A stretch of 64,000 bases of DNA from Methanobacteriota archaeon. GTDB lineage: Archaea; Thermoplasmatota; Poseidoniia; Poseidoniales; Poseidoniaceae. The notes under the pieces were generated by a model. The model did not search any database. It saw only the letters and a program-made list of their open reading frames with translations, and was not told the DNA's origin. Shown in pieces: positions 19,020 to 28,953 of this stretch. Both the position numbers and the translations under genes were made by a program. The stretch covers positions 3,638-67,637 of the forward strand of contig PBDU01000005.1 in NCBI GenBank assembly GCA_002718195.1, written 5' to 3'. Positions within the stretch are counted from its first letter, which is position 1. Each line of letters opens with the position of its first letter.

Positions 19020-19730
19020 TCAATTAATGCTAATTTTGCTGCCTTCGAATGATTTCCCTGATAAGGCCTCTGAAAGGATTCGAATATTTTTACCATCTAG
19101 AACACTTATCTCTATAGAATGCTCAATTGCAACGCTTACTGCAATAGGATCAATAACTGCAGATTGCCCTGGCTTGAATTCTTCACCTACTCGACATATT
19201 TTTGCCAGTTGTGCGAGGTTCAATGATTTCAGTGCGATAGCATCTGCAAATTTGTGGGGGTCTTTGTCGTAGACATAGGGCACGTCGGTAGCAATTACAC
19301 ATCTCTGTGCTTCACAATCAACTGCCATTCTAGTTGCTACTGCATCTGTGGTATGACCAGGAGTAGTTCCTCCCATGCAGACAAAATTGTGGTTGCTTAG
19401 AAGTTGTTTAGCCTCAATAGTAGTATTAGGTATGATTTCTGATACGTTAAGTCCATTTGCAATCAGTACTTGTTGAATTGTTGTTGCATTCAATTTCGTG
19501 GCAGCGATGCCTATCAAATCTAGTCTCTTGGAGTCAGAAATTGAGCTCTTTGCCAAGTTTATTCCGTACCGGGCAGGAGTTCCTCCTCCAATTACGAAAC
19601 CCAATTTCCCATTGCTTTCTTGGATTGATTTGCATAAATCAACTAACTCTGAGAACCATCTGTCTAAATCGTGTCCTTCTCTTGTTTTAAGCAAAGAGCC
19701 TCCTAAGGCCACGATTTGAGACTTTACCAT
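19020..19730 (-). CDS. pyrH: Uridylate kinase
   Basis: ALGGSL, VIGGG, MGGTTPGHTTDAVA and VYDKDP motifs; ATG at 19730. Confidence 0.93.
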   Translation of the reverse strand: MVKSQIVALGGSLLKTREGHDLDRWFSELVDLCKSIQESNGKLGFVIGGGTPARYGINLAKSSISDSKRLDLIGIAATKLNATTIQQVLIANGLNVSEIIPNTTIEAKQLLSNHNFVCMGGTTPGHTTDAVATRMAVDCEAQRCVIATDVPYVYDKDPHKFADAIALKSLNLAQLAKICRVGEEFKPGQSAVIDPIAVSVAIEHSIEISVLDGKNIRILSEALSGKSFEGSKISIN

Positions 19731-19856
19731 GGCATTTCTAAGAAAAGGCATCCTTTGAGCATTGCTGATTTTACAGATTAAATTGTGCTAACACTCGATA
19801 TTTCCTCGCGAAGGGTTCAAACACCAAATGAATACCCGTAGGTTTGAGGGTAAAGC

Positions 19857-21098
19857 ATGGCTGATGACGAAATCACTCAGATGCGTCGTGTCAAGCTTCG
19901 AATGTCTTTAGAGGAACTCAGAAATATGAAAGGCTTCGGGACCGAGTTGGTAACTCTAATCATACCCCCGGACCGTCAAGTTTCAGATGCCAGGCAAATG
20001 CTTCAAAACGAGCACGGTCAGGCTGCTAACATTAAATCTAAAGGGACTAGAAAAAATGTACAAGGTGCCATCGAGTCAGCTCTTTCAACACTAGCGAGAT
20101 TCAAAGATGCAGGAGAAAATGGTTTGGCTATTTTTGTCGGTTCAGTTATCATTGGCAATAACCGCTCAAAGATGGTGAATATAGTCGTTCAAGACCCACC
20201 TCAACCGCTTCTTTCGTTTAGATATAGATGTGATTCAACCTTTGAATTGACTCAATTAGAAGACATGCTTGTCGATAAGAAATCATACGGACTTTTCGTC
20301 ATAGATCGTTCAGAGGCTGCTTACGGCATCGCAAGTGGAAAGAGAATTCACGTTCAAGAACACCTAGTTTCAAACATCATGGGTAAACACAGACAAGGAG
20401 GTCAATCTGCCCAGAGATTCGAGAGATTAATCGAAGAGGCAGCTCATAATTTCTTCAAGAGAGCATCTGAACATGCATGTGATTATTGGCTTCCAGAATT
20501 GGAAAATATACAGGCTATTATCATAGGTGGTCCAGGTGCAACCAAGGACTTCGTAGTCAAGAACGAGTACTTTCACCATGAAATTGCCAAGAAGATAGCC
20601 GCTACTACCTTCGATGTTGGCTATTCAAATGATTCTGGAGTCCGTGAGCTTGTTGAGAATGCTGGATCACTGATGAACGAAATTGAATTGGATGCTGAGC
20701 GTCAATTGATGAATGCATTCCTTCAGGAATTAATCAAACCTAGTCCTAAAGCGACATATGGTGAAATGATGATCAGAAACGCTCTTGATGCTGGCGCTGT
20801 TGATACTTTACTGATAAGTGAAAGCGTAAGGAAATCTAGAGTTTCATTAAAGTGCAGTGCTTGCGGAAATGAGTGGGAAGCATCGATTGGAAATCTCGAT
20901 GAGAATCCAGAATGTCCTTCCTGCGAGTCAAACAAAGTTACTGAATTATCGAGATTGAGTTTAGTTGATGATTTCATTGAAATTGCTCAGAAAACAAATG
21001 CACAAATCAAATTCGTTTCTGTTGATACAGAAGAAGGAGCACAATTGTCAGAAGGATTTGCCGGATTGGCAGCACTACTCCGTTATCCAATCATGTGA
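19857..21098 (+). CDS. prf1: Peptide chain release factor aRF1
   Basis: NIKSK and GGQSAQRFER motifs; Zn-ribbon insertion (CSAC..CPSC) in domain 3. Confidence 0.97.
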   Translation: MADDEITQMRRVKLRMSLEELRNMKGFGTELVTLIIPPDRQVSDARQMLQNEHGQAANIKSKGTRKNVQGAIESALSTLARFKDAGENGLAIFVGSVIIGNNRSKMVNIVVQDPPQPLLSFRYRCDSTFELTQLEDMLVDKKSYGLFVIDRSEAAYGIASGKRIHVQEHLVSNIMGKHRQGGQSAQRFERLIEEAAHNFFKRASEHACDYWLPELENIQAIIIGGPGATKDFVVKNEYFHHEIAKKIAATTFDVGYSNDSGVRELVENAGSLMNEIELDAERQLMNAFLQELIKPSPKATYGEMMIRNALDAGAVDTLLISESVRKSRVSLKCSACGNEWEASIGNLDENPECPSCESNKVTELSRLSLVDDFIEIAQKTNAQIKFVSVDTEEGAQLSEGFAGLAALLRYPIM

Positions 21099-21107
21099 GG
21101 TGAATCA

Positions 21108-22874
21108 ATGGATGCTCTAAGGCTTGAAATCGAAGATGCCATTACTTTGGTTATGGATTCTTTAGAAATTCCAGAATCTCTTTGGAAGAAAGTTTTGGGT
21201 CCCTCAAGAGAAGTTTCTCAAGGCGACTTGACTATGCCGTGTTTCCCATTTGCAAAAATTCTCAAAAAAGCACCAGCGGTAGTTGCTGAAGAGATTTGTT
21301 CAGCCCTTAAGGAAAATGTAACAATCGCAGAAATCAATTCTGTTAATGGCTATCTGAATTTCAAAGCCTCACCAGAATGGATGGCTTCCAGAGTTCTGAA
21401 TGGAGATATTCACATTGGAAGTGCATTGGAAAATAACGCTAGAGGTAAGCGGGTACTTATTGAGCACACTAGTGCTAACCCAAATGGTCCATTTCACGTA
21501 GGTAGAGCAAGAAACGCAATTTTAGGGGACACAATAGTTAGGTTAAACAGGTTATTTGGGAATTCTGTAAGAGCCGAATACTATGTTGATGACATGGGCA
21601 AGCAAGTAGGTGTTCTTGCGTGGGCGCTTGAGAATTTAGACTCTCAGCAGGTCGAGGATTTACTAAGCGATAGAGAACCCCTGAACCCAAAATGGGCAGA
21701 TAAGGCAGATCATTCAATCGTAAGATGGTACCAAGCAGCACAGGCATTAAGGCAAAATGCATCAGATTCAGATAAGGAACAGATAGAAGAAAGAATTGGC
21801 GAGCTTGTGCATGCTAGTGAGCACGGTGATGATTCTGTACTTGAGCAGTTTGAGAATGCATATCAGCCAGTGCTTGATGGAATGTTGATGACTTTGGGAA
21901 GATTAGGAATTAATTTTGACTCATTCACTAAAGAATCTAGGTTCGTAGTAAATGGTGATGTACCTCGTCTTATTGAAAAACTATCAAAATCTGATATTCA
22001 TGGTGAGGCAGAAAATGGAGCATATTTCCTTGATCTGGGTCAAAGAGGGATGAAGGGAAAGAAAGAATTCTTCTATAGAAGAGGAGACGGAAGTTCATTA
22101 TATGCAACAAGAGATGTTGCCTATCATATTTGGAAATGGGGTGAGTGTGATACTCTAATCAATGTGTTAGGAGAGGATCATAGATTACAGGCAAAACAAG
22201 TTGCAATGACTTTGACCGAATTAGGAGAAAAGGTTCCGGAAGTCCTATTCTATGCATTTATCAAGTTACCCGAAGGGAAAATGAGTACTAGAAGGGGAAC
22301 GGTTGTATTCATGGATGATTTACTTGAGGAGGCACAAGAAAGAGCAGCTGAGGTTGTTCGCAATCTTCGTCCTAATTACGAGCCAGAACTAGTTGAATCA
22401 ATAGCAGAAGCGGTTGGCGTATCTGCAGTTCGATTTAACATAATCAAGGTCAGCCCAGAGAAAGGATTCACATTTAGGTGGGAAGATGCATTAGCCTTTG
22501 AGGCAGGTTCAGCACCTTTTGTTATGTACTCGCACACTAGGGCGTGCTCGATAAAATCCAAAGTAGAGGAATTTGAGGGATTCTTGGAAGAAGCAGAACT
22601 TCCAAAGGAAATGTCAGAATCGATGGTTTACCTCTTGAGAAAAATCAACAGTTTCCAAGATTCATTAGATTATGCTGTGAGAAACAGGCAAGCACACATT
22701 TTTGCAAATTACTTGTTGGAACTAGCAAATGCGTACAATGGATTCTACAGGGACTGCCATGTCATCAGGGATGGCAAGGTCGATGCATTTAGATTCAAGA
22801 TAAGTGAGACTGCAAGAAAATTGTTAAAGGCATCTATGGAAGGATTGGGAATAATCCCAATAGAGAGAATGTAA
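21108..22874 (+). CDS. argS: Arginyl-tRNA synthetase
   Basis: EHTSANPNGPFHVGRARN, LYATRDVAYH and KMSTRRG motifs; GAGGTGA RBS. Confidence 0.97.
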   Translation: MDALRLEIEDAITLVMDSLEIPESLWKKVLGPSREVSQGDLTMPCFPFAKILKKAPAVVAEEICSALKENVTIAEINSVNGYLNFKASPEWMASRVLNGDIHIGSALENNARGKRVLIEHTSANPNGPFHVGRARNAILGDTIVRLNRLFGNSVRAEYYVDDMGKQVGVLAWALENLDSQQVEDLLSDREPLNPKWADKADHSIVRWYQAAQALRQNASDSDKEQIEERIGELVHASEHGDDSVLEQFENAYQPVLDGMLMTLGRLGINFDSFTKESRFVVNGDVPRLIEKLSKSDIHGEAENGAYFLDLGQRGMKGKKEFFYRRGDGSSLYATRDVAYHIWKWGECDTLINVLGEDHRLQAKQVAMTLTELGEKVPEVLFYAFIKLPEGKMSTRRGTVVFMDDLLEEAQERAAEVVRNLRPNYEPELVESIAEAVGVSAVRFNIIKVSPEKGFTFRWEDALAFEAGSAPFVMYSHTRACSIKSKVEEFEGFLEEAELPKEMSESMVYLLRKINSFQDSLDYAVRNRQAHIFANYLLELANAYNGFYRDCHVIRDGKVDAFRFKISETARKLLKASMEGLGIIPIERM

Positions 22875-23381
22875 TCAATCATTTGATATCGCTTGACTAA
22901 CATCGGTTTGGTTATACATTGAATTTGTAACATCCTCTCCTGCAGACCTTATTTTATTGCCTAGGTTTGTAAGTTCAGTAATTGCCTCATCGATTGATTT
23001 TGTTTGCTTCAAGTACTGCGTAGGTGGGAAGCCACAATCAATGATGTCTTTTTCGTGAAGGTTTTCTTCAATCCATGCTGAGCATGCAGTTCCATAACAT
23101 ATAGCGGAGTACTGGTCCAGATCAAACCACATAGTCTTGCGTTGACATACAGGACATTCTCTTACCACGAGATTAGTTAGTTCTGTCATAGCATCATGTC
23201 CAATGACATCTATGTCCCAGATTACGATGCTAGCGGAATCTAATGACATCTGTTCGCTTTTTTTGAGAAAACTTCTCAGAACCTGCCAAGCAACCTGCTC
23301 AGTAGAAAAACAACCCAAGCCTATCGCATTTCCGCTTGTTTCAAGAACGGTTGGCACAAAGACTCTACTCAACTGTTCCAT
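22875..23381 (-). CDS. Hypothetical protein with a putative Cys4 metal site
   Basis: CPVC..CYGTAC; stop abuts the argS stop. Confidence 0.7.
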   Translation of the reverse strand: MEQLSRVFVPTVLETSGNAIGLGCFSTEQVAWQVLRSFLKKSEQMSLDSASIVIWDIDVIGHDAMTELTNLVVRECPVCQRKTMWFDLDQYSAICYGTACSAWIEENLHEKDIIDCGFPPTQYLKQTKSIDEAITELTNLGNKIRSAGEDVTNSMYNQTDVSQAISND

Positions 23382-23456
23382 GGTGTTAGCATTGATTGAT
23401 GCAAGGTTTGAACTCTTCTACAAATTAGTAATAGAAATAGCGTTTAGTAAATCAAC

Positions 23457-23816
23457 TCATCTTTGCCAAACCAACTCAATGAATGGAAGCCCACCAGGAT
23501 GTGGCAGGGGAGCCTGAGGCTTTTCTATTCTCACAAAAATCACAGATGCTGAAGGATGTAGTGATAATTTCTGTATTATTTTCTCTGCCATCGATTCAAG
23601 CAATCTAATTTTCTCCTTGGTATTAACAACAACTTCATCAACACAATTCTGAATCAAACCATAATCAATTGTCTGATCCAATTGCCCAAAATTGCTTACA
23701 TCGTTAATCTCTACCCATACAGTGAAGATGAATGGTTGAGGTTTTTCAAGTTCAAACTCAAACCAGCCGTGCGCAGCTTCAACCTTGTAAGATTCAAGAC
23801 CAACTTTGAGATTCAT
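23457..23816 (-). CDS. folB: Dihydroneopterin aldolase
   Basis: HGWFEFE..QPF, TIDYG, LLESMAEKI and VRIEKPQAP motifs. Confidence 0.92.
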   Translation of the reverse strand: MNLKVGLESYKVEAAHGWFEFELEKPQPFIFTVWVEINDVSNFGQLDQTIDYGLIQNCVDEVVVNTKEKIRLLESMAEKIIQKLSLHPSASVIFVRIEKPQAPLPHPGGLPFIELVWQR

Positions 23817-23820
23817 CGAA

Positions 23821-24111
23821 TCACTTCTCGTCTCTTTCATGGACCCAAATTAGGTGGAATCCGAACTGGGTTCTAATCGGGTCAGATACCGTTTTTAGTG
23901 GTAATTTCCAAACTGCATCATCGAATTGTCGAACCATTTGACCTGATCTAAACCATCCCAAATCACCGCCTTTTTGTCTGCTAGGGCATTGTGATTTTTT
24001 CCTCGCTAATTTTTCAAAATCCTTCAGCTTTGTAATCTGATTCTTGATTTGAATAGCTTCAGATTTACTCTGTACTAAGATATGGGATGCGTGAGCACTT
24101 GGTTGGACCAT
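23821..24111 (-). CDS. Parvulin-type peptidyl-prolyl isomerase (PpiC)
   Basis: ASHILV, SQCPS..KGGDLGWF, MV..FD.AV and TQFGFHLI motifs. Confidence 0.95.
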   Translation of the reverse strand: MVQPSAHASHILVQSKSEAIQIKNQITKLKDFEKLARKKSQCPSRQKGGDLGWFRSGQMVRQFDDAVWKLPLKTVSDPIRTQFGFHLIWVHERDEK

Positions 24112-24149
24112 GTTAGTTCGTCAGAGTACTTCTTTTCAAGTTCTTTGAT

Positions 24150-25904
24150 TCATCCCCATGCAAGATAATTGAGATAACTGCCGTAAACCACTACTGAAAC
24201 TCCTAATGATTCAGCATTGAATCTGGTCATGTCATCTGCGTAAGTGTGGTACTCATATGATCCGGAACCATAACAAACGATTGCCCTTCCAGTTTTGTCG
24301 TTAGGTAAGTCATAAACAAATGGACCGTGATCTGAATTATATGGCATAGCATTTGGTCCTTCTCTTGGACCATCTAACAAAGAAAATGATACTGAGTACT
24401 TACTAGCAACTTCGCTTCTTTCTTCGCTGTATTTTGCATGTATATTTTGTATATTTTCAAGGTCTTCTGCGTTGTTGGTAAACATTGAAATGGAATTTCC
24501 TCTATCTGCCATATCTATGTCAACGTGATTCATGTCCAAGTTGATGTACAATCTTAGGTTCTCAGCCAAGTTAGGGCCGTTTTGAGCAACCCATGCTCTA
24601 CTTCCCCAAAGCCCCTCTTCTTCACCGCCCCATGTACAAAATTGCAGGGTATATTCTGGCATCTCGGATCTATTTGCAATCATAGCAATCTGTCTAGCCA
24701 TCTCAAGGACCGAAGCAGTCCCAGAGGTATCATCAACCGCTCCTGGCGAATGGTAGACTGTATCATGATGCGCTCCTACGATTACTACTTCACTCGTTTT
24801 TCCCTCAAGTGTACCACATGGAACCTTCACTTCCAAATCTCCGTCATTGGTAATATCGAATTGCATCTGAACCACTGAATTGCTTTCAGCCATTTCGATT
24901 ATTCTATTTCCAGTGTTGTTTGAAACTGCAATGAATGGTATGTCTGTGGGCATACTTCCACTATTTGCCTCTTTCAATTCATCAACTCTAATTGATTTGA
25001 ATATAGGAATGCAATCGTCAAGAACTATCTTTCCACAATTGTAATTATTATTGATTCGAATAATTCCAGCAAGGTCATTTTGAGCTGCCTTGATGTATAT
25101 TCCAGTATTTCCATCTACGCTTCCGTCGCTTGTTACTATTCCAACAGTTCCTGTCGCAGATTGCCAAAGCCCCTCATCACTTCCATTTTCAAGATTCGTG
25201 ATTTGAATATTATCTCCGAAGTTAATGTTTGAACTTCCTGAATAGCCTTGAATAACATATTCTGTTTGATGCTGGAATTCCTCTTGGCTTGAACCTATGT
25301 CTAAGGGACTGCATGGAGGAACGAAAGGAGTATTTCCTGGTTGACAAATTCTCAATGTTGGTTCTGCATTGATTGAAAACATAGGCACTGGTAATGAATA
25401 CATCTCTGTGCTATACCCGAATGAAGAGAGGTTATCGAGTATCATTTGAGCCCCAGCAGCTTCTTCAGCAGTTCCAGACATTCTTCCTCCCCACGTTGGG
25501 TGCCCAAGAGCAACCAAATCAGAGGCAAATTTCTCGGTCGATTGAGCGTCAAAATCGATTAACTCGTAGTCTGGAGTGCCTCTGCCCAGAAGGGCAGGAT
25601 TGAGAACAAGGACTGATGTGACCAGTAAAAGAACTAAACCTATGGCAATAACCTGTCCAACATTAACCGCTTTCCATACAGGCCTTGATATGAATTCTCT
25701 GAATTCAAAATCACCCTCTTTAGATATAGATTCAACCTCAGAAATAATCTCTGCTTCCAATATTTCATCTTCGGACTGGTTCGTGGTTGAATCCATCAAT
25801 CTTTCAATGAGTTCAGATTTATTTCCTGAGACGGGTAAGTTTGCTTCCTTCAGTTGTTGCTTAAGTTCAGCTACAGTTTTTGATTCGAGTTCATCATGAT
25901 TCAC
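24150..25904 (-). CDS. SAP-domain + TM + M28 family metallopeptidase (with PA-like insert)
   Basis: SAP consensus KTVAELKQQLKEANLPVSGNKSELIERL; one TM; M28 ligands GAHHD, GAVDD, GEEEG, NLDM, SDH and YHT. Confidence 0.88.
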   Translation of the reverse strand: MNHDELESKTVAELKQQLKEANLPVSGNKSELIERLMDSTTNQSEDEILEAEIISEVESISKEGDFEFREFISRPVWKAVNVGQVIAIGLVLLLVTSVLVLNPALLGRGTPDYELIDFDAQSTEKFASDLVALGHPTWGGRMSGTAEEAAGAQMILDNLSSFGYSTEMYSLPVPMFSINAEPTLRICQPGNTPFVPPCSPLDIGSSQEEFQHQTEYVIQGYSGSSNINFGDNIQITNLENGSDEGLWQSATGTVGIVTSDGSVDGNTGIYIKAAQNDLAGIIRINNNYNCGKIVLDDCIPIFKSIRVDELKEANSGSMPTDIPFIAVSNNTGNRIIEMAESNSVVQMQFDITNDGDLEVKVPCGTLEGKTSEVVIVGAHHDTVYHSPGAVDDTSGTASVLEMARQIAMIANRSEMPEYTLQFCTWGGEEEGLWGSRAWVAQNGPNLAENLRLYINLDMNHVDIDMADRGNSISMFTNNAEDLENIQNIHAKYSEERSEVASKYSVSFSLLDGPREGPNAMPYNSDHGPFVYDLPNDKTGRAIVCYGSGSYEYHTYADDMTRFNAESLGVSVVVYGSYLNYLAWG

Positions 25905-25982
25905 TCAATCACCGAGAGGTGCTCAGTGTCATACTCTATCAATTCAATGGAAATATGTCTCATCAAGAACCATATTCTACAT

Positions 25983-26552
25983 TTAGATTTCTTCACCGGA
26001 CCATCTGGTGGAAACCTCGTTATCAATTCCAATTTGATCTAGAACCCTTGCCACAATAAAGTCAACCATGTCATCAATCGTTTTAGGATGGGTGTAGAAT
26101 CCCGGGCTTGCTGGAATAATCACTGCTCCCCATGAGGAAATCTTAGCCATATTTTCGAGATGAACAGTGGCATAAGGAGCCTCTCTTGGAACAAGAATTA
26201 GTTTCCTTCTTTCCTTGAGTGCTACAATAGCAGAGCGGGTGATTAGGTTGTCACCAATACCTGCAGCAATTTTTCCTAGCGTGGTTCCGCTACAAGGAAT
26301 GATAACAACAGCATCAATCTTTGCAGATCCTGATGCGGACTTTGCCGCAATGTTTGTGTTGTCTTCCAAGAATCCTCCAAATTGTTCAGCAATTTTTTCG
26401 GGAGAAGAATCAGCTTCATGGGCCAATGTTAGCCTAGCAGCGTCAGAGGCTACGATTCTAAATTGAATGCCTCTTTGTGCAAAAATCTCTGCTAACCTAA
26501 TAGCATATGGTGCACCAGATGCCCCGGATATTCCTAGAACAATTTCTCCCAT
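25983..26552 (-). CDS. ubiX: Flavin prenyltransferase UbiX
   Basis: GISGASGA, ASGS, PCSGTTL, LKERRKLILVPREAP and PASPGFY motifs. Confidence 0.95.
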   Translation of the reverse strand: MGEIVLGISGASGAPYAIRLAEIFAQRGIQFRIVASDAARLTLAHEADSSPEKIAEQFGGFLEDNTNIAAKSASGSAKIDAVVIIPCSGTTLGKIAAGIGDNLITRSAIVALKERRKLILVPREAPYATVHLENMAKISSWGAVIIPASPGFYTHPKTIDDMVDFIVARVLDQIGIDNEVSTRWSGEEI

Positions 26553-26612
26553 TGGGTGAATGTCCTTGTCCGTTGTTATAACATCTTGTTCTAAATTAAC
26601 TCCAATTTGACC

Positions 26613-27770
26613 TCATAGAGCAATCCTATTGAGTGCTTTATCAAGTGCTTCAATTCCTTTCACAAAATCTTCATGCTCTATAGACCAAGCAACTCTAAGC
26701 CATGATTTCATATCCTCAGAGAACATGCAGCCAGGAACTGCAAGTAATGACTCTTTGAAACATTCATCGTCAACAAATTCTAGCGAATTACGCTCACCAG
26801 GCAACTTAAATGCTCCAAATACCCCATATTCGGGCTCGTTCCAGTCTATACCATGTGATTGCAACAAATCCCTCAATAATGGCAGATTTTTTTCTCTTAG
26901 TTCTGTTATTTTTTTGACGGGTTGGTCTAATTTGTTGAATACAGCTTTTGCTAAGCGCACAGAAGGACTTGATATCATTCCCTCAACTGTTCTAAAAACG
27001 TCCTGTGCTTGCTTTGCAACTGACTCACTTGCTATCAGCCAGCCGAAACGGATGGATCCGAGTCCGTGTACCTTTGTCAAAGAGTTGATACTGATACAAT
27101 GCTCTCCACAATCATAAATTTTTACTGAATCTGGATGATTAACCATTGAATCACTGTATACTTCATCAGCGATTATGTGAACAGAATTCTTCTTACAAGT
27201 CTGTATGATCCAATTTCTATCATCAGGGTGAAGGTCCCAGCCAACAGGATTTAGAATAGGCGTGAACATAAGTACAGATGCTTTTTCCAAAACATTCGAC
27301 CACTCATTTTTGTCAATTCTCCAATGACCAAACCCACTCTCAGGGGGATTTCTATGAACTGGAATTGTCGAATATCCAAGCAAATTCGCAGTTTGGCTTA
27401 CTGGCGCATAAGACGGTGATTCCACCGCGATTATTTTGTCTTGGTCTAAATTATGACCCACAGATAACAAGGCGACTTGCAATGCTTGTGTTGCTCCATG
27501 GGTTACAACAACTCTATCTTTTGAAATTCCTTCTTTCTGTGCTATGAATTCCCTTGGGTCAATTTTGTCAATAATATGGTGTTTTGCTACGTTGGATAAC
27601 TCCTCGCCTATAAGAGAGTCAAAATCCCATTCGAATTGAAGACCTGAATGGCTGAGGTCAAATTTCCTTTTCTCCCTTAGCCTCGGTATATACCAATCAA
27701 GGTAGCCAATACCCTTCGTATTTACTCCACGAGCGGGTTTCCCATGATATGGCCATTTCGTCGTAACCAT
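26613..27770 (-). CDS. PLP-dependent aminotransferase, class I/II
   Basis: THGATQA, LNPVG, ADEVY and NSLTK..GLGSIRFGW (PLP Lys) motifs. Confidence 0.9.
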   Translation of the reverse strand: MVTTKWPYHGKPARGVNTKGIGYLDWYIPRLREKRKFDLSHSGLQFEWDFDSLIGEELSNVAKHHIIDKIDPREFIAQKEGISKDRVVVTHGATQALQVALLSVGHNLDQDKIIAVESPSYAPVSQTANLLGYSTIPVHRNPPESGFGHWRIDKNEWSNVLEKASVLMFTPILNPVGWDLHPDDRNWIIQTCKKNSVHIIADEVYSDSMVNHPDSVKIYDCGEHCISINSLTKVHGLGSIRFGWLIASESVAKQAQDVFRTVEGMISSPSVRLAKAVFNKLDQPVKKITELREKNLPLLRDLLQSHGIDWNEPEYGVFGAFKLPGERNSLEFVDDECFKESLLAVPGCMFSEDMKSWLRVAWSIEHEDFVKGIEALDKALNRIAL

Positions 27771-27801
27771 GGCATGCGATATACAACAAGGAAATCAATA
27801 T

Positions 27802-28437
27802 TCAGTCTGAATTGATTGGATTTCTATTGAGTTCATCTTTGCATCTAGAAATTAATTTATCGCACAGTGAATCATAATCTTCAGAATACCCTAGTTTAGT
27901 GAGACAAGTAGTTGTTTGAGCATCAAGCCCACATCCTGCTACCATCTCTACTCTGCCAGCCGGAGTATCATAATTTATTGTCAAACCATGTCTTGATGTC
28001 CACCTGAGAAATGATAATCCAATGGAACAAATTTTGTGATTATCAACCCAAACTCCCTGCATTCTTTCGTCTCTGTATCCTTTGATTCCACAAAGTTGCA
28101 GGGAGGAAATTACCCATTGCTCAAGTTTGCTGATAACAGATTTTACATTTTTCTCGTCTTCAGAATCCCACATAATAATCGGATAAACCACAATTTGCCC
28201 TTCACCATGCCATGTCATTCCCCCTCCTCTGTCAGTGGGGGCGGATTCATAATCCGGTGGAGGCGAAAAACCATCACTTCTAGCCCTTGGACCAATTGTT
28301 ACGATCTCTGGATGTTCACAAATTAATATTGTATCGCCTATCTCTCCTGCTATTCTTTTCTGCTGTAAATCCCTCATCATCTCATCGGAATCTTTCCAGT
28401 GAATAAGTCCTAGATTTCGGATATCAACTTCTCTCAT
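27802..28437 (-). CDS. lipB: Octanoyltransferase LipB
   Basis: ICEHPEIVTIG, DRGGGMTWHGEGQIVVYPI, KICSIG and SRHGL motifs. Confidence 0.92.
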   Translation of the reverse strand: MREVDIRNLGLIHWKDSDEMMRDLQQKRIAGEIGDTILICEHPEIVTIGPRARSDGFSPPPDYESAPTDRGGGMTWHGEGQIVVYPIIMWDSEDEKNVKSVISKLEQWVISSLQLCGIKGYRDERMQGVWVDNHKICSIGLSFLRWTSRHGLTINYDTPAGRVEMVAGCGLDAQTTTCLTKLGYSEDYDSLCDKLISRCKDELNRNPINSD

Positions 28438-28446
28438 ACTGTTTCC

Positions 28447-28899
28447 TCAAAATCTTCCAGATGAGCCGAAGCCACCATCTCCTCTACCACTTGCAGGCAA
28501 ATCATCCTCTGAGACTTCATGGAACCTTGCAACAGGAACAGGAGCAAAGAGCATTTGTGCTACTCTTTCTCCAGCATCTAAAGTTATGGATTCTCCTTTC
28601 CCTATCCATGTTGCTAAAACCATCAATTCACCTCTGTAGTCAGAATCGATTGTACCCAGACCATTTGGCATAATCATTCCCTTCTTGCCCAGGCTTGATC
28701 TGCACCTTATCTGTCCTTCCCAGCCCTCAGGAATGGCACATTTCATTCCAGTTCTTATTAGGGTAGATTCTCCTTTAGATACTGTGGTTTCCTCTATTGC
28801 ATACAAATCCCACCCTGCTGCAAAATCACTTCCTTTTGTAGGAATTCTAGCATTATCATCTATCTTTGCCCAATAAACATCTATAATTTCCCTAGCCAT
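28447..28899 (-). CDS. dut: Trimeric dUTP diphosphatase
   Basis: AAGWDL, RSSLG, GTIDSDYRGE, ERVAQ and RGDGGFGSSG (five dUTPase motifs). Confidence 0.97.
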   Translation of the reverse strand: MAREIIDVYWAKIDDNARIPTKGSDFAAGWDLYAIEETTVSKGESTLIRTGMKCAIPEGWEGQIRCRSSLGKKGMIMPNGLGTIDSDYRGELMVLATWIGKGESITLDAGERVAQMLFAPVPVARFHEVSEDDLPASGRGDGGFGSSGRF

Positions 28900-28953
28900 A
28901 ATCCTTCGATATTGACTAAGTTCTTCTATAATTCCCTAGTAAGAAATTACATA

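Noticed and set aside
25940-25956. CAATTCAATGGAAAT, a partial match to the ORB-like box
   Set aside because: It has four mismatches in the left half, no G-string and no partner box, so it is likely chance
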